A stretch of DNA of 63,496 nt, filler included, from Octopus bimaculoides (GCF_001194135.2; 7 parts of 6 records of this genome joined end to end with filler, not necessarily neighbours in it); one strand, 5' to 3'; shown: positions 38,636-52,234, counted from the first letter of the whole stretch. The notes: generated by a model from the letters alone, not told the origin. Program-made: numbers and translations.

Positions 38636-38913
38636 GAAAATTTACAAAATCATTCTGAAATTATAAAGATTTTACAAGTTTATCATCAGCATCTTCATGG
38701 GTGAAATTTTTACGTAAGTTTGTATGTCACGTCTTCCTTTTGATGTGTGCTACGTTAATTGAAAAAGACAAATTTGTGAATGATTTCAGTGATTTGCCCC
38801 GATGTTATTTTCCTTTAGAGCCACAAGAAACCTCATCTCCCTACAATTATTGGTACCCTGTTTATGCTCAAGTGAGACCAGAAATTAAGAATTGTACACA
38901 TCTGGAAAGTTGA
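38636..38913 (+). other. Candidate short exon(s) and a 105-nt GT-AG intron (38714-38818); coding status unresolved
   Basis: gtaagt donors at 38576 and 38714; pyrimidine-rich acceptors ending 38635 and 38818; the 38636-38713 exon has a stop in every frame. Confidence 0.25.
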
Positions 38914-39609
38914 TGCTCCGGTACACAGACTAAAGACATATGAGGATTTGTGCTTGCAAATATGGTGCTATATGAAGATTATTGAAGAGTTTATTTTACT
39001 TTATCACAGAAATATTTTGAAAGTAATATTAAATACCAATTGTATTTCATTAAAATACCCTGCTTATGGCCATATTCCGTTCACATATGCATGATTATAT
39101 GTTGAATAACCTTCATTTCGTATTTATCACTTTTTGTTGTTGTTATTTTATGTCACATTCTCTCTCCACTCAGACCATTGTGTACGATGAAATATTCTAT
39201 GTGAATGTATCAAGTGTAAACTATATGTTTCTGATTGGAGTGCTCGGGTTATCTTGTACTAGAAGACCTGTTTAAGAGTTACACAGTGTTGTAACATTAC
39301 ACTCCACGTTGTAATTATGTTATAGCATCAACCAGCATATTACAGAGGGTATTTATGAACTAAAAGTTGCAAAAACAACACCACAAACTCAAAAGACTTC
39401 ATATTAGTCCTTAGATGTTTGGGTGAGAATCACGAGCCACCAATAACGAAATCTCTTGTCACCAGGAATCATGGGAAGACAGTGGGAAACTTTCTGTAAT
39501 CAAAACAATTTTAACATTTCCTGGACAACTTTACCATAGTGGCAACAGGAAAATATTTAATTTCTTTTTCAGTTAGGTGGCGCTTAAAATACTTTCATAT
39601 GCACATACA

Positions 39610-39649
<40 letters not shown>

Positions 39650-39705
39650 CTTGTGCGTATATACAAGTGTACATAAGTATGTATGTGTTCATGCACACAC
39701 ATACG

Positions 39706-39787
<82 letters not shown>

Positions 39788-40853
39788 ATCCATTAGCCTT
39801 ATTCTGACAATTTTTTCCATTCTCAGTCTTATCTTTAAGTTCTTTAATCTAAGTGTCCAGACAGCCATTTTGAACTTGTTGTCCCAGTCCTCTTCTATTT
39901 CGATTTAACTCATAAATAATATAAATATTAATATAAGCATTAACTTTTAACTTATAAATACTTGTCACTTTGCTGACGGCAAAATAGAAAACATTTTTTA
40001 ATTAAATTCTTTGTCCATTTAAAACATTTAAGATATTAAATATCTTCAGTTTAAATGTAATGAATCTTTGCACTTAGGAACTTATTAACTTTACACTTCT
40101 CTTCATTTTTAGGGAAACCAGAAGTTATGTATACTAGGTTCATTTTTTAAAAATTAGACAGATTATTAAGATTTGTGTTGTCTTTCTCAATGTAGACTTA
40201 GTAAATTAATTTTTTTAAATTGTTCAACTAAAAATCATGATTTTAAGAATATTTGATTTCATATCTTGCAAGTTCAGAATATGTATAATACATTACGTTC
40301 ATATCTTCATCAACAACGTTCCTAGTCAAGGTTCTAGTTTCATCATCATGATGTATCGTTCTGGCTGATTTGAAGGAGACTTGGCTGCTATTTCAAGCAA
40401 GTCGTGTTGTTACTACAATTCTCACATTTGTAAATATGTGGGTGTATTTTAGTAATGTTTGTGGTAAACAATGAATTTCAAAAAAAGTTTTTTTAACAAT
40501 AACCTTGTCACAATAATAACATCACGTTTTTAATGAAATATTTTATTCAAAACTTCTTCATACATAACCATAGTGGTAAAAGATAAGTTTCAGTGAATTA
40601 ATTATTTCTATTCGCGACAAGGTAATAAGGAATGTTTTCATGACTTTTTACAACTGTTTTGTAATTGCAGTATGTCAACAAGTAACTAAGTACAAAATAT
40701 TATACTTACTTTAGAAACAATAGAATTAACTGGTTTATTGTCTAAATGTTTTTGTAAAATGGTTTACGCACCTCAGAAATGATTCGTTTCACTTGGTAGA
40801 AAGAACTGTTTTACTGACTGAAGGTTTTAGTAAATCTGTTGCTGTTTTCTTAC

Positions 40854-41000
40854 CTTTCTCTTCCTTCTTCCCCACTTCGTAATTTTCCTTTCATCATTCA
40901 GTCTGTATTTGTTTTTGAGAGTGAAATATTCAAGGCCATCTGTTTTCATTGGCATGAGAGGGATAATCGTACTCCCGCAAAGAATACAGCCCTCATACGC
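40854..41000 (-). CDS. Candidate internal exon, 49 codons (AYEGCILCG...KWGRRKRK)
   Basis: ttcag| acceptor, AAG|gtaaga donor, phase 0-0 open frame; no family recognised. Confidence 0.25.
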
Positions 41001-41901
41001 CTGAATCTAGACAAGTAGTCGTATTACGCTATCGCAAAATTTTAATATTTTGACCGCTGCAAAGGAATGACCACTGTCTGTGGCTCCGAGCATCTTCAAT
41101 CATCATTAATCAAGGAAATCCATTATCGTAAGTGCCTATGCAGTACTTCCACGAGAGATAAAATCACATTAGGGATCAGATAACCGCTCCTACCCATACT
41201 TCACCGTTCATGCATATGAATGTATAGAAGTGGCAGTATTTCTTCGCTCTACGGACCCCGCACCCCAATCTTTTGTCGGCGATGCGTCAAACGTTTGTCA
41301 CGCATCCTTACACACTTTTTAAGTGAGAAGGAGTACGTTACAGCGGGTGTTCAAGAACTCGAAGATGCATAAAACAACTCTGCAAAAAAAAAAAAAAAAA
41401 AATGTAAAGTGAACTCTAACTTTATACTTGTCTTTAGATGTTTGTGTGTGTCTCATGGCCCACCAATACACAGTCTTTTGTCACCACCAAAGGTAGAAAG
41501 AGACAAAAATTTTCCTGAAAATCAAAATATTTTCTGGTTAAAAGATGTTGTCGTAATGACCAATATAGAACAATTAAAAATCCTTTCAACAAGACGAATG
41601 ATTCTTAAATAAATTTCGCACGCGCACACATAGTCGCATGCACGTACACATGCATACACATACACTCACATACACACACACACATACACACACATGCATA
41701 CGCACACATATATGTATATATACACATATATGCAAAAAGAATAATATATGTAAATTATACATATATGCACACATATATACGTGGATGTATATGTGTGTGT
41801 GTGTATGTGTGTGAGTGTATATGTGCGCGCGCGCATGCCTAGTTCTTTGCATGAATTTATTTGTGTACACCTCTATGTTTATATGTATGTTTATATGCAT
41901 G

Positions 41902-41942
<41 letters not shown>

Positions 41943-43753
41943 TATATGTATATGACGTTGACCACTAACGTGGACATACAATGTGCTAGAAATAGATCAC
42001 ATCTTGTGTCTAAAAAGATCTAAATTGTTCTCAACATGAAATATAGCGTGATACCAAAACGTAAGCGGGCAAGACATTTAAAAAAACCGAAAAGGAACAT
42101 TATTAAACAGGGACCGGTTTCATATAAAAATGTACTTTAATCCCCTGAGATTGCAGATACTGTTTCTGAATCTCTTTGATTCTTTAAATGTGCTAGCTTC
42201 CTGGTAATTAATCGATATTAATTAATATATGATTTTTTNNNNNNNNNNNNNNNNNNNNNNNNNNNNNNNNNNNNNNNNNNNNNNNNNNNNNNNNNNNNNN
42301 NNNNNNNNNNNNNNNNNNNNNNNNNNNNNNNNNNNNNNNNNNNNNNNNNNNNNNNNNNNNNNNNNNNNNNNNNNNNNNNNNNNNNNNNNNNNNNNNNNNN
42401 NNNNNNNNNNNNNNNNNNNNNNNNNNNNNNNNNNNNNNNNNNNNNNNNNNNNNNNNNNNNNNNNNNNNNNNNNNNNNNNNNNNNNNNNNNNNNNNNNNNN
42501 NNNNNNNNNNNNNNNNNNNNNNNNNNNNNNNNNNNNNNNNNNNNNNNNNNNNNNNNNNNNNNNNNNNNNNNNNNNNNNNNNNNNNNNNNNNNNNNNNNNN
42601 NNNNNNNNNNNNNNNNNNNNNNNNNNNNNNNNNNNNNNNNNNNNNNNNNNNNNNNNNNNNNNNNNNNNNNNNNNNNNNNNNNNNNNNNNNNNNNNNNNNN
42701 NNNNNNNNNNNNNNNNNNNNNNNNNNNNNNNNNNNNNNNNNNNNNNNNNNNNNNNNNNNNNNNNNNNNNNNNNNNNNNNNNNNNNNNNNNNNNNCTATAT
42801 TTCATGTTGAGAACAATTTAGGTCTTTTTAGACACAAGATGTGATCTATTTCTAGCACATTGTATGTCCACGTTAGTGGTCAACGTCATATATAAAAATG
42901 TACTTTAATCCCCTGAGATTGCAGATACTGTTTCTGAATCTCTTTGATTCTTTAAATGTGCTAGCTTCCTGGTAATTAATCGATATTAATTAATATATGA
43001 TTTTTTTGCCATTTTTTAAATAATATATGTATATATGTAGGTAGGTAGGTAGGTAGGTATATTCTCTTTGTGATTGAAGCTTCAGATCTTAATTTAAGCA
43101 AACTCCTGCTTGGTGGCAAGATTGAAAGAACATTCTATAAATAAACATATCTCATTAAAATATTTTTGTATCGTGCATTATTGCATTTTCCTGCTCTCAT
43201 ACTTTACTTATAATTTGCTGTAGTGTCAGAGTTAAAATCTCACTGATGTCATTTGTGTTTCACTCTTCCGGAGGTGATAAACTAAAGTTCAATTCAAGTA
43301 CTAGGTTCGATTTGTATCGGCATTAAATGAGCTACTATGCCACACTATACAGTCCATATCCTCGCCCGACCGTGGGGCTCCGACAGCAGTTGAGGTAACA
43401 CACCGGCCGAAATAAACCACTGTCAAGACGCCAACATCTTATTTGTGCATATGATTGCTGACACACTTTTGCGTGCATACACTACAGCTCATCATTCCTC
43501 CACGCGTGCATTCATGTAAAAGTACATCCCATTAAAAGAGATAAGCCAAAAGAAAAAGACTTTCTCCTTATTTTACTCTTTATTCTTCTCTCCCTCAATT
43601 TCTTTTGGCGTTTTATCTGCCCCGACAGACGTTAACAATTTTTACAAATCTTCCTACAGGTTTAAAACTTACCTTAAGTTGAGTAAATTAAATGTTTGTA
43701 AACTGAAACGTATTTATATATAAATAGTTGCTTGTAGTACAAATAAACCTTAC

Positions 43754-43823
43754 CGTTTTTGTTATATTTTTTATTTCTGCTGTCTGACCCTTTCACGTGG
43801 TTTTCTTGGCACGTGTTCGCCAT
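43754..43823 (-). CDS. Candidate first coding exon MANTCQENHVKGSDSRNKKYNKN
   Basis: aaaatATGGCG start, ACG|gtaagg donor; contains two CACGTG. Confidence 0.25.
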
Positions 43824-44198
43824 ATTTTAAACTTTCACCTCATGCTTCTTGTTAAGATAGTATTCTTAGTACACCTACAATGACGACTATATTTGAGAAG
43901 TTGCAAATCATGTGATTTTCATTATATACACATCGCGTTTGTTCTTGACTTCTATTGGCACACATTCAAAAAGGAAAGCATTTCTTGTTTAAATGAATGA
44001 CTAATTTGATAAATAGAAAACTGAATTCAAATATATAAATGAAGGTTAAGTAATTATTTATATTTACATATATTCCCCCCCCCCAAAAAAAAAATGAAGT
44101 TGCAGACGATAACTAATTTCAAGTTATGGTAGTCTGAAGGGGATACAAATTAAGGTTATCCACAATACTTAGGTCAGTTATTTATCTAGTATTTATTT

Positions 44199-44629
44199 AC
44201 TCTTTTACTTGTTTCAGTCATTTGACTATGGCCATGCTGGAGCACCGCCTTTAGTCGAGCAAATCGGCCCCAGGACTTATTCTTTGTAAGCCTAGTGCTT
44301 ATTTTATCGTTTTCTTTTGCCGAACCGCTAAGTTACGGGGACGTAAACACACCAGCATCGGTTGTCAAGCGATGTTGGGGGGGGGGNNNNNNNNNNNNNN
44401 NNNNNNNNNNNNNNNNNNNNNNNNNNNNNNNNNNNTATATATATACATACATACACATATATACGACGGACTTCTTTCAGTTTCCGTTTAACAAATCCAC
44501 TCACAAGGCTTCGGTCGGCCCGAGGCTATAGTAGAAGACACTTGCCCAAGGTGCAACGCAGTGAGACTGAACCTAGAATCATGTGGTTGGTAAGCAAGTT
44601 ACTTACCACACAGCCACTCCTGCGCCTAT
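44199..44629 (-). mobile_element. SINE family B, full length with internal microsatellite/gap
   Basis: tRNA-like head ggcgcaggagtggctgtgtggtaag...; tail ggcggtgctccagcatggcc...gactgaaacaagtaaaagagt. Confidence 0.9.
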
Positions 44630-44884
44630 TGAATATGAATAAGAAGCGTTTTTGCGTTAATCAAAATTATGGATAAAATTTATTTATTTTGACCTAATAC
44701 AAGTTCAAATTTTGATTTCAGCAGCTGTTTATCAACTTCAGAGATACGACGGAATCGTAAGATAAATGGATGAGGACAAATACTGGGCAACATTTTTTGT
44801 ACCCTAACTTTTCTGTTAGAGCAACGGTCTTTGCAATGAATCTTAAATGAATCTTAAGTGAACTATCTTAATCTTATCCCATAG

Positions 44885-45001
44885 GAAATACAAATCGCGT
44901 CTTGCAAACAGCAGAAGTATTTCCTTGATAAGATAAAAATTTTTGAACATTGGTCGCATTGGTCCAAAACTTTGCACGGTCGTCTGTATTACGAAACATG
45001 C
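44885..45001 (+). CDS. Candidate 39-codon exon containing WSHWS
   Basis: cttatcccatag| ... TGC|gtaggt; only phase 0 is open: EIQIASCKQQKYFLDKIKIFEHWSHWSKTLHGRLYYETC. Confidence 0.3.
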
Positions 45002-45769
45002 GTAGGTCTTTCAAAATCATAAAATTTGACATTCCAATAAAACTTAAAAACGATATCAACTTAAATTATTGGAATGAAGTAACAATTTGACGTTGGAATA
45101 TTAATTTTCACTAAGAAAATTCGAGTCTGAATATAACTTCTTGGAAGGGTGGTCATTGTTTTCGACAAATGCATTTATAATTTAACCTCTGAGCGGTAAC
45201 TACATAGGATAGTTATGAATAACAAGTGACCCGTACAGAGCCAGTAAAAGTTATTAACTTGGGGTGTCGCCCAGGTAGAGCCCCACGATAAGCGTTTAGA
45301 ATGAAGAATGTGATAATGATAAAAGCAAGAAATGAAAGCAAAATGTGAAAAATCTTTTGGTAGTGACAAGCTTAGTTTAACATTTTGCATAAGTGAACAT
45401 GGGAATAGAATACAGGGAATGGAGAGTGTTGGTTATCTAAATCGTGCATGAGAAAATTCATTCAGATTTTCAGGAAGTATGTCCAAATTAAAAGAGAAAG
45501 TAGCAGTTGTACTTTCCAAATCTTCGATTCTTATAAGCGAATTAACCGTTCGAGATTTGAGATAACTATTTCAAAGGTTAACAAGCAGTACATTCAGTCA
45601 TTAGATTTAAAAGAAGCAGCACTTTTATCATGAATCACAAAGTAAAAGAAATTGTGTTTGTAAGTCAAGATCAGTAAACTTAAAGAGTTGCGAGTTTTGA
45701 CCCCTAAATCGCTTAATAAACAAGATATTGTTAACTTTAGCCGTATGGAACCATTCTTATTTTAATATT

Positions 45770-45930
45770 TGTCTTCTTGTGAGTTCGAATTCCGTCGCTG
45801 TCGGCCTTAACTTTCCTTCTTTTCAGGTCGATAAAATAAGTACTAGTTAAGTACTGGAGTCGATGTAATCGACTAGCCCACCCCACTCCGAATTTCAAGC
45901 CTTGTGCTTATAGTAGAAAAGAATAATTAT
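45770..45930 (+). mobile_element. SINE family A (5'-truncated)
   Basis: gagttcgaattcc...gtcgataaaataagtact...ccttgtgcttatagtagaaa. Confidence 0.8.
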
Positions 45931-46305
45931 CTTCTTGCTTCTTGTACATATGGACTGTCTAATTACTTGTCAGGACTCCAGATAAGGCGCTACACATCCT
46001 AGGCAGCTGTAGCTTGTTGTAACACAAATTATTTTCTAATTTTTGTGAAGTGTAAGTGTTTATCTGACTGTTCTTTTAGCTATTTTGCAAATCATCAGAT
46101 CTAACCGACATGAAGTAGAGCCACTTGCATATGAAACAGATTACAGTTTTGTAGAGATAATGAATGCTTGATATGATATTGTCGCTTTGCAAGGACTTTT
46201 GGCTGTCACCAATGTCGCTGTTCGGGTATGTTGTTACTTATTGTAAGATTTATTGAACAGGCGAATAATTGAATATAAACTTCAATTGGTTGCTGGTGAT
46301 AAGGT

Positions 46306-46689
46306 TATTGACACTCCGTCGCTTACGACGTCGAGGGTTCCAGTTGATCCGATCAACGGAACAGCCTGCTCGTGAAATTAACGTGCAAGTGGCTGAGCAC
46401 GCCACAGACACGTGTACACTTAACGTAGTTCTCGGGGATATTCAGCGTGACACAGAGAATGACAAGGCTGGCCCTTTGAAATACAGGTACAACAGAAACA
46501 GGAAGAAAGAGTAAGAGAAAGTTGTGGTGAAAGAGTACAGCAGGGTTTACCACCATCCCCTGTCGGAGCCTTGTGGAGCTTTAGGTGTTTTCGCTCAATA
46601 AACACTCACAATGCCCGGTCTGGGAATCGAAACCGCGATCCTATGACCGCGAGTCCGCTGCCCTAACCACTGGGCCATTGCTCCTCCAC
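46306..46689 (-). mobile_element. SINE family C, tRNA-Arg-like head, 11-bp TSD
   Basis: Head GGAGGAGCAATGGCCCAGTGGTTAGGGCAGCGGACTCGCGG...GGTTTCGATTCC (A and B boxes); TSD GGTGATAAGGT at 46295-46305 and 46690-46700. Confidence 0.9.
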
Positions 46690-47926
46690 GGTGATAAGGT
46701 AGTGAGGTTAGAAATCGAACTCAATGTAGCAAGTTGTCATGATAATAATAATTAATGTTCACGGTGCTCAAAAGAGTTGGTTTTGTCATTATACAAGATA
46801 TCATTTATACTCCTGGCTGGAATTCAGCAAGCAGAATTTAGCGTTGCTTCTGCCATATTAAGCTATGTTCTGCTTGTTTGTGGCGAGAGGTGAGAATGTA
46901 TGTTCTCTGGTGGCGGTTTCGAACCTCTGCCGTTATTCTTCGGACGAAACTGCTTTTATATTGAGAAAAGCGCGCGAACCTCAAAGACATTTGAGATGGT
47001 GTTCATGATATCGCTACAAGCTTATTGGTTGAGAATCAGGTCAGTCATGTATGAACCGGGTGTGATGTGCACGTGTCTCGGTGCTGGTAACTAAAGATTT
47101 TGGCTCGATTCTAGATCTCGCTACAGTATCTTAAGCAACGCAAATGATATCAGCACAAAATAAATGAATTTGAAAGAGTATGCATCAACAAAATAATTAG
47201 ATTTAGAGCCCGTTTTAAAAAATAAAAGAATGCGTCGAAAAAATGATCATTTGAATATGAATGCATTAATAAGGTTCTCTGCAAAGGCGACCCACAAAGA
47301 AAATTCGACACAGTCATTGTTGATAATCAGAATGATGTGGACAGTTTTAAAGTTTCGATAACATATGGGCATTTTTTAATAATATAATCGATTTGCCAAA
47401 TAAAAATAGACTAAATTTTAAATGCAGATGTTAGATAAAAGAACGAATGAAATCTGTTACGGTTTGGGAGATAAGTTATGATACCAAGAAAATAATGAAA
47501 ATAATGATATTAATGTGTATGATCTCTTCCTGAACTAAATATTGCAAAATTATTTCTTGGAGATGTATAGCTTTCAACAGAAGTCATTGGATTTACCAGC
47601 AATCAATAAGTCACGGGTGTTATTCCAAACCTGAGGGTTGACTTAAGAATAATGCGACCCTCAAATACTTATAAGTGTGGTCACGGGAGAGAGCAGCTTT
47701 AGTATAACTACAGCATATAAAATCATATTTTCGTTACCAGCAACACAAGACAGATTAAACTCTTTTCAGTTTGATCGATAGAAAATTATATAATAAAGAA
47801 GAAATATAGATATAAAAAGTGCTATGAAAACATGTGCAAAAGATCTGAAGTCAAGAAAAAATGTTTTAGCTATGTTTCTCAGCATATGTTCTTTTGTTCA
47901 CCCTTACTTTATTACAAGAAAATTTC

Positions 47927-48018
47927 TTACATCTGCTGTATATGTCGGATACTTTACGTCTACTGTATATGTCGGATACTTTACATCTGCTGTATATGTC
48001 GGATACTTTACATCTGCT
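47927..48018. repeat. 27-bp minisatellite, ~3.4 units
   Basis: Unit TTACATCTGCTGTATATGTCGGATACT. Confidence 0.95.
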
Positions 48019-48073
48019 AGTTTTTTTTTTTTTAACCAGATTTTGGCATATGTAAAAAAAATTGCGACATAGG

Positions 48074-48212
48074 CAGTGGTGAAGCTAGAGTTTGTGCCGC
48101 TCGAGGTGGACATTGCGTGTGGTCCCACCTACTCATGAAAAGTGCGACATAATACGTATCAAAAGTACCGCCCTTTACAAAATGCTGTTCCACCACTGTA
48201 GCTACGCTCATG
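48074..48212. mobile_element. MITE related to 34231-34386
   Basis: cagtggtgaagctagag...aaaagtaccgccc...gtagctacgctcatg. Confidence 0.6.
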
Positions 48213-49406
48213 AACTTAAGATTTTATAATTCACATAGGCCCCCAATTATTTAAAATGTGCATATCTTATTAATTGTTGTGGAGCTTTCTGGGTAATTTT
48301 TGTTAGAGAGGGCCAATAAGTTTTATATAACTTATTAAGTCTAAATCAGCACTGTTAACAGAAGATCAACAATATCCTTCGGACCTTGTCGCACCCAGTC
48401 ATCCTCCACTTTTTAATGATATCGTATGGAGGTTGTCAATAATGTAGACATGTCTCATCTCTCTCCCTCTCTTTTCCTCTCTCTTCTGCTCTCCCTCCCT
48501 CTCTCTCTTTCTTTTTCGCCCTCTCTCCCTTTCTTATGTATATCAATGAAAGAGCTTGCAATATCGATACTGTATTTAAAATATTCTCTCTAATTTGTAC
48601 ATCGTAATAAACACTTTATTCTTATATTATATTTGCAGGTTTACCTCTTTGTAAAAAGGAATCACTTATGCTAGCTATATCCAATATGCTTTATTAATTT
48701 TTTTCCATGGGTGTCTATAGATATTTTCATTATGTGCAAATCTTATCTTTATATGCAAAATATGTATGCATCCTTGCGAGTAACCATCGCTCAAATTTCA
48801 TCTTAAAACCTTGTGTAAGCACATTTTTTTCTTTCCTGATTGTAAAACTTGCATGCATGTGTGTGTGTGTGTGTGCATGAGCACATATCTTAGATGGCAC
48901 ACTGGCCGCATCCCATCTCGTTCTAAGTCCATCCGATACAATTGTCTATCTTCTCGTTACTGCAACAGCGAATCACCCTCCGGGCCCTAACTAACCGTTT
49001 TCCAATATTTCCAACCCTGCAGATCTATCGTTATGATTCCTCCTCCGCCTTCGTTTTTCCTGAATACGGCAATGTTCAATCGTAGCATTTTCATCAGTCT
49101 TACAGAGCTTGTGAAGTACATAAACACTGCTCCACGCTATTGACCAAACCATGAAAAATTTACAATAATAATTTCCAAATACATTTAATTCGCGATAATA
49201 TGTAAGGTTAAGCCCAACGCAATACTGTATCCAGTTATCATATTCATTGTATCTACCCGTTAGTCCCGTTTCTACTTCTTGAACAACTGCACCACTTTCG
49301 GTTCCTGGTTTCGTACCATTGTTTCATCTTCTCTCCTACTATTAATTCTCATCATGTGGTGCACATCACTGACGTCTGGTGCGGTATGCAAGCTGTTACC
49401 ATATCT

Positions 49407-49631
49407 ACTCTTTACTCTCTCTTTTACTCTTTTACTTGTTTCAGTCATTTGACTGCAGCCATGCTGGAGCACCGCCTTTAGTCGAGCAAATCGACCCCAG
49501 GACTTATTCTTTGTAAGCCTAGTACTTATTCTATCGGAATCTTTTTGCCGATCCGCTAAGTTACGGGGACGTAAACACACCAGCATCGGTTGTCAAGCAA
49601 TATTAGGGGGACAAACACAGACACACAAACA

Positions 49632-49705
<74 letters not shown>

Positions 49706-49873
49706 TACGACGGTCTTCTTTCAGTTTCTGTCTACCAAATCCACTCAGAAGGCTTTGGTCAGCCCGAGGCTATAGTAGAAAACACTTGCCCAAAGTGCCA
49801 CGCAATGGGACTGAACCCGGAACCATGTGGTTGGTAAGCAAGCTACTTACCACACAGCCACTCCTGCGCCTAT
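49407..49873 (-). mobile_element. SINE family B, full length with internal (AT)n
   Basis: Colinear with 44199-44629. Confidence 0.9.
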
Positions 49874-49889
49874 CTATTTACAATTACTA

Positions 49890-50560
49890 ACTTTTCGCGA
49901 AAATCCGAAATGCATGAAGGTGGTTCCAACACTTTCGTGTGGATTGCACAATAAGATCATCTTCCATAGTTCTGCTTTCTGGCTACATATTATTTGATGA
50001 GTCTGTGACTTCTTCCCTCTCCGTCATCCTTACTGAGTGGTAGGCACAGTAGAACAATCGATGGACTCGCCACCGATGCCAACTTTCTATATTTGAGCTA
50101 AACAAAAGGACTTCTTCAGAGGGGTCTTTATTTACAGAAGCTGCTGCACAATTCACTGACAACTATGATGTGTAACTTGCATATTGCACAGCAGCTGGAT
50201 CTGCGGTTAATTTTCTCTTCGTCAATTTCATCTTCGCCGCTAAGCTATGTATTTCATATAATTTCATGCAACGTGCAATCCGTTTTGCTTATCGTAAATC
50301 GAAAACATCTTTCTACGTGTAAGAAATGGTCAAATTTCCACCTTAATACCAACTCTTCTTCATAGGTTTGGAACTTCAAAATTTATGTTTTTGATATTTC
50401 CTTTTTTGTTTTCTTCCTTAGTCCCTACACCTCAAGGTACTTCTTCACAGTATTCAAGTTAATTGTCATAAGATTGACGAATACATAGTCCATATAGATG
50501 TTATCACTTCACTGACGATTGAGAACTATTCTCGAAGTCTTTCTAGCCATGATTATTTAT
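49890..50560 (-). mobile_element. Possible hAT/Buster-like transposase relic
   Basis: Fragmentary EEVLLF, DDGEGR and YCAIHTKVL (cf. HCIIHQE.L); heavily interrupted. Confidence 0.35.
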
Positions 50561-51009
50561 CTTCTCTTTTTAGGCAGTTTACCTCAGACTATGTTCTCCA
50601 ATACATCCTTCCCTTTTTTATTGACATTAGAGTTTGGTTTCAGAGAGATTTGGCTCCCATTGGCTCAAGATATTTACCTCGGAAGCTAGTGCTTGATATG
50701 TGTGTTGTTTCATTTTTACGTGCATTTGTAATTATCGTATTAGTTTACTTATTGTTAGTCTTAATGTACATATCCTTCTACAAGAAAAGTAAGCTATAGG
50801 TAAACCGAATTTGTTAGTTTTCTTTTGAGAATTTATAAATGATTTCACATCTTTTATAATTCGTTTTTTTTAATATATATATATTTTCGTTGGCTCTCCT
50901 GTGGTAAACGACAGATGAGGGTTCTGCAATTGCTTACTGAACAAGCTGCACAAATGATTTGTTTATAATTATCAAATGTTTGTGCTGTAAATGTGTTCAC
51001 TCATGCCAT

Positions 51010-51160
51010 CAATTTGACATTGTCCAAGTACGTGCACCGTGTGCCACACGTCAGATGTTGAAGTGATCAGAAAGCAACGTGAAATTAAGTGCATTGTACG
51101 TCGAGGAATCGAAACCACGCTCTTACGATCGTGAGTTCAACACCCTACCCACCAGATCAT
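51010..51160 (-). mobile_element. CORE-like SINE family D fragment
   Basis: gcaacgtgaaattaagtg...gaatcgaaaccacgctcttacgatcgtgag. Confidence 0.5.
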
Positions 51161-52193
51161 GCGTTTTTATGCATGGGAAAACCAGGAATCTCACGCTGTC
51201 CCATTTCTTTGTGTTTGGTCAAAATGAAATCAATACAGGCGACGGACATGCAGAATCTTTGTGGTATTTAGTTACTTGTGGTCGAAAAAATAATGTACCA
51301 GTTAAGAACTAGAGTAGATTCCTATAATATAGCCTGGTTGTGAATGGAATTATAATGGAAGACTGGAAGACAATACAGGCGCGATCCCAGTTTTTCGAAA
51401 GGAGGGTACAAGGTCAGAATGGAATACAATTCCAGGAGAAAAGGGCGTAAAAATATTATTTAGAAAGGCGCACTTCTTTTCTTGTGGGTGGATGGGGGGG
51501 TGCACGTGCCCCTCAACCCCGCCCCCCTTGGCTCCGCCCCTGCAATACAATATATAAAATGTAGCGGAAATGTTCCATATTTTATAGAATTATTATGAAT
51601 TCGTTACAATTACTAGTTTTGGGTTTGACCGTTATATATGAACTATCAACACGTGTAGATTTTCTGTTTCAACTCCCCGAGTCAAGGTTAATAAATTAAC
51701 TAATCCGACTATACTCATTCTATTTTTCAGGGCGTGTAAGAATGATTCAGAAGCACGAATACGTTTCATTGTCCCCAACTGCAGTTTAAAGCACATGTGC
51801 CCTACACGTGATTTTTCTTTTTAAGAGAAGGCAACACAGATTTATACAATATTATTTCTTTTAATAACTCATGTTTTGTGTGCGACAGAGAATTTTCTCA
51901 TGGATAAATCTTCTGCGTCAGTGCCTGCAATAATAACGTGCAAGCTTGAATATATTAGCAGTTATTTGAACAGCGGTTTCTGTTTGTACCACCTTCAGGA
52001 AAATGATGCGCATTTCTAAAGAGTACGCACTTACACTGTTGGCGATTAGCCTGCTATCTTGTTTGTTGTGAGTCTTAAATTTCCATTTATCTATCTGTCT
52101 GTTTACCAGAGTGTGTGTGTGTGCGTGTAAGTGCATGTGTGTGTGTGTGTGAGTGCATATGTGTGTGTGTGTGTGTGTGTGCGTATGTGTGTG

Positions 52194-52234
<41 letters not shown>

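Noticed and set aside
40243-40321. Terminal exon NVVDEDMNVMYYTYSELARYEIKYS joined to 41000-40854
   Set aside because: Phase mismatch (upstream exon ends in phase 0, this one needs phase 2).
46610-46689. tRNA-Arg gene
   Set aside because: It is the head of a SINE with a TSD and a second copy at 57.8 kb; no proper acceptor stem.
47927-48018. CRISPR-like array (also the 16-bp repeat at 55809)
   Set aside because: Contiguous tandem units without unique spacers, in a eukaryotic context.
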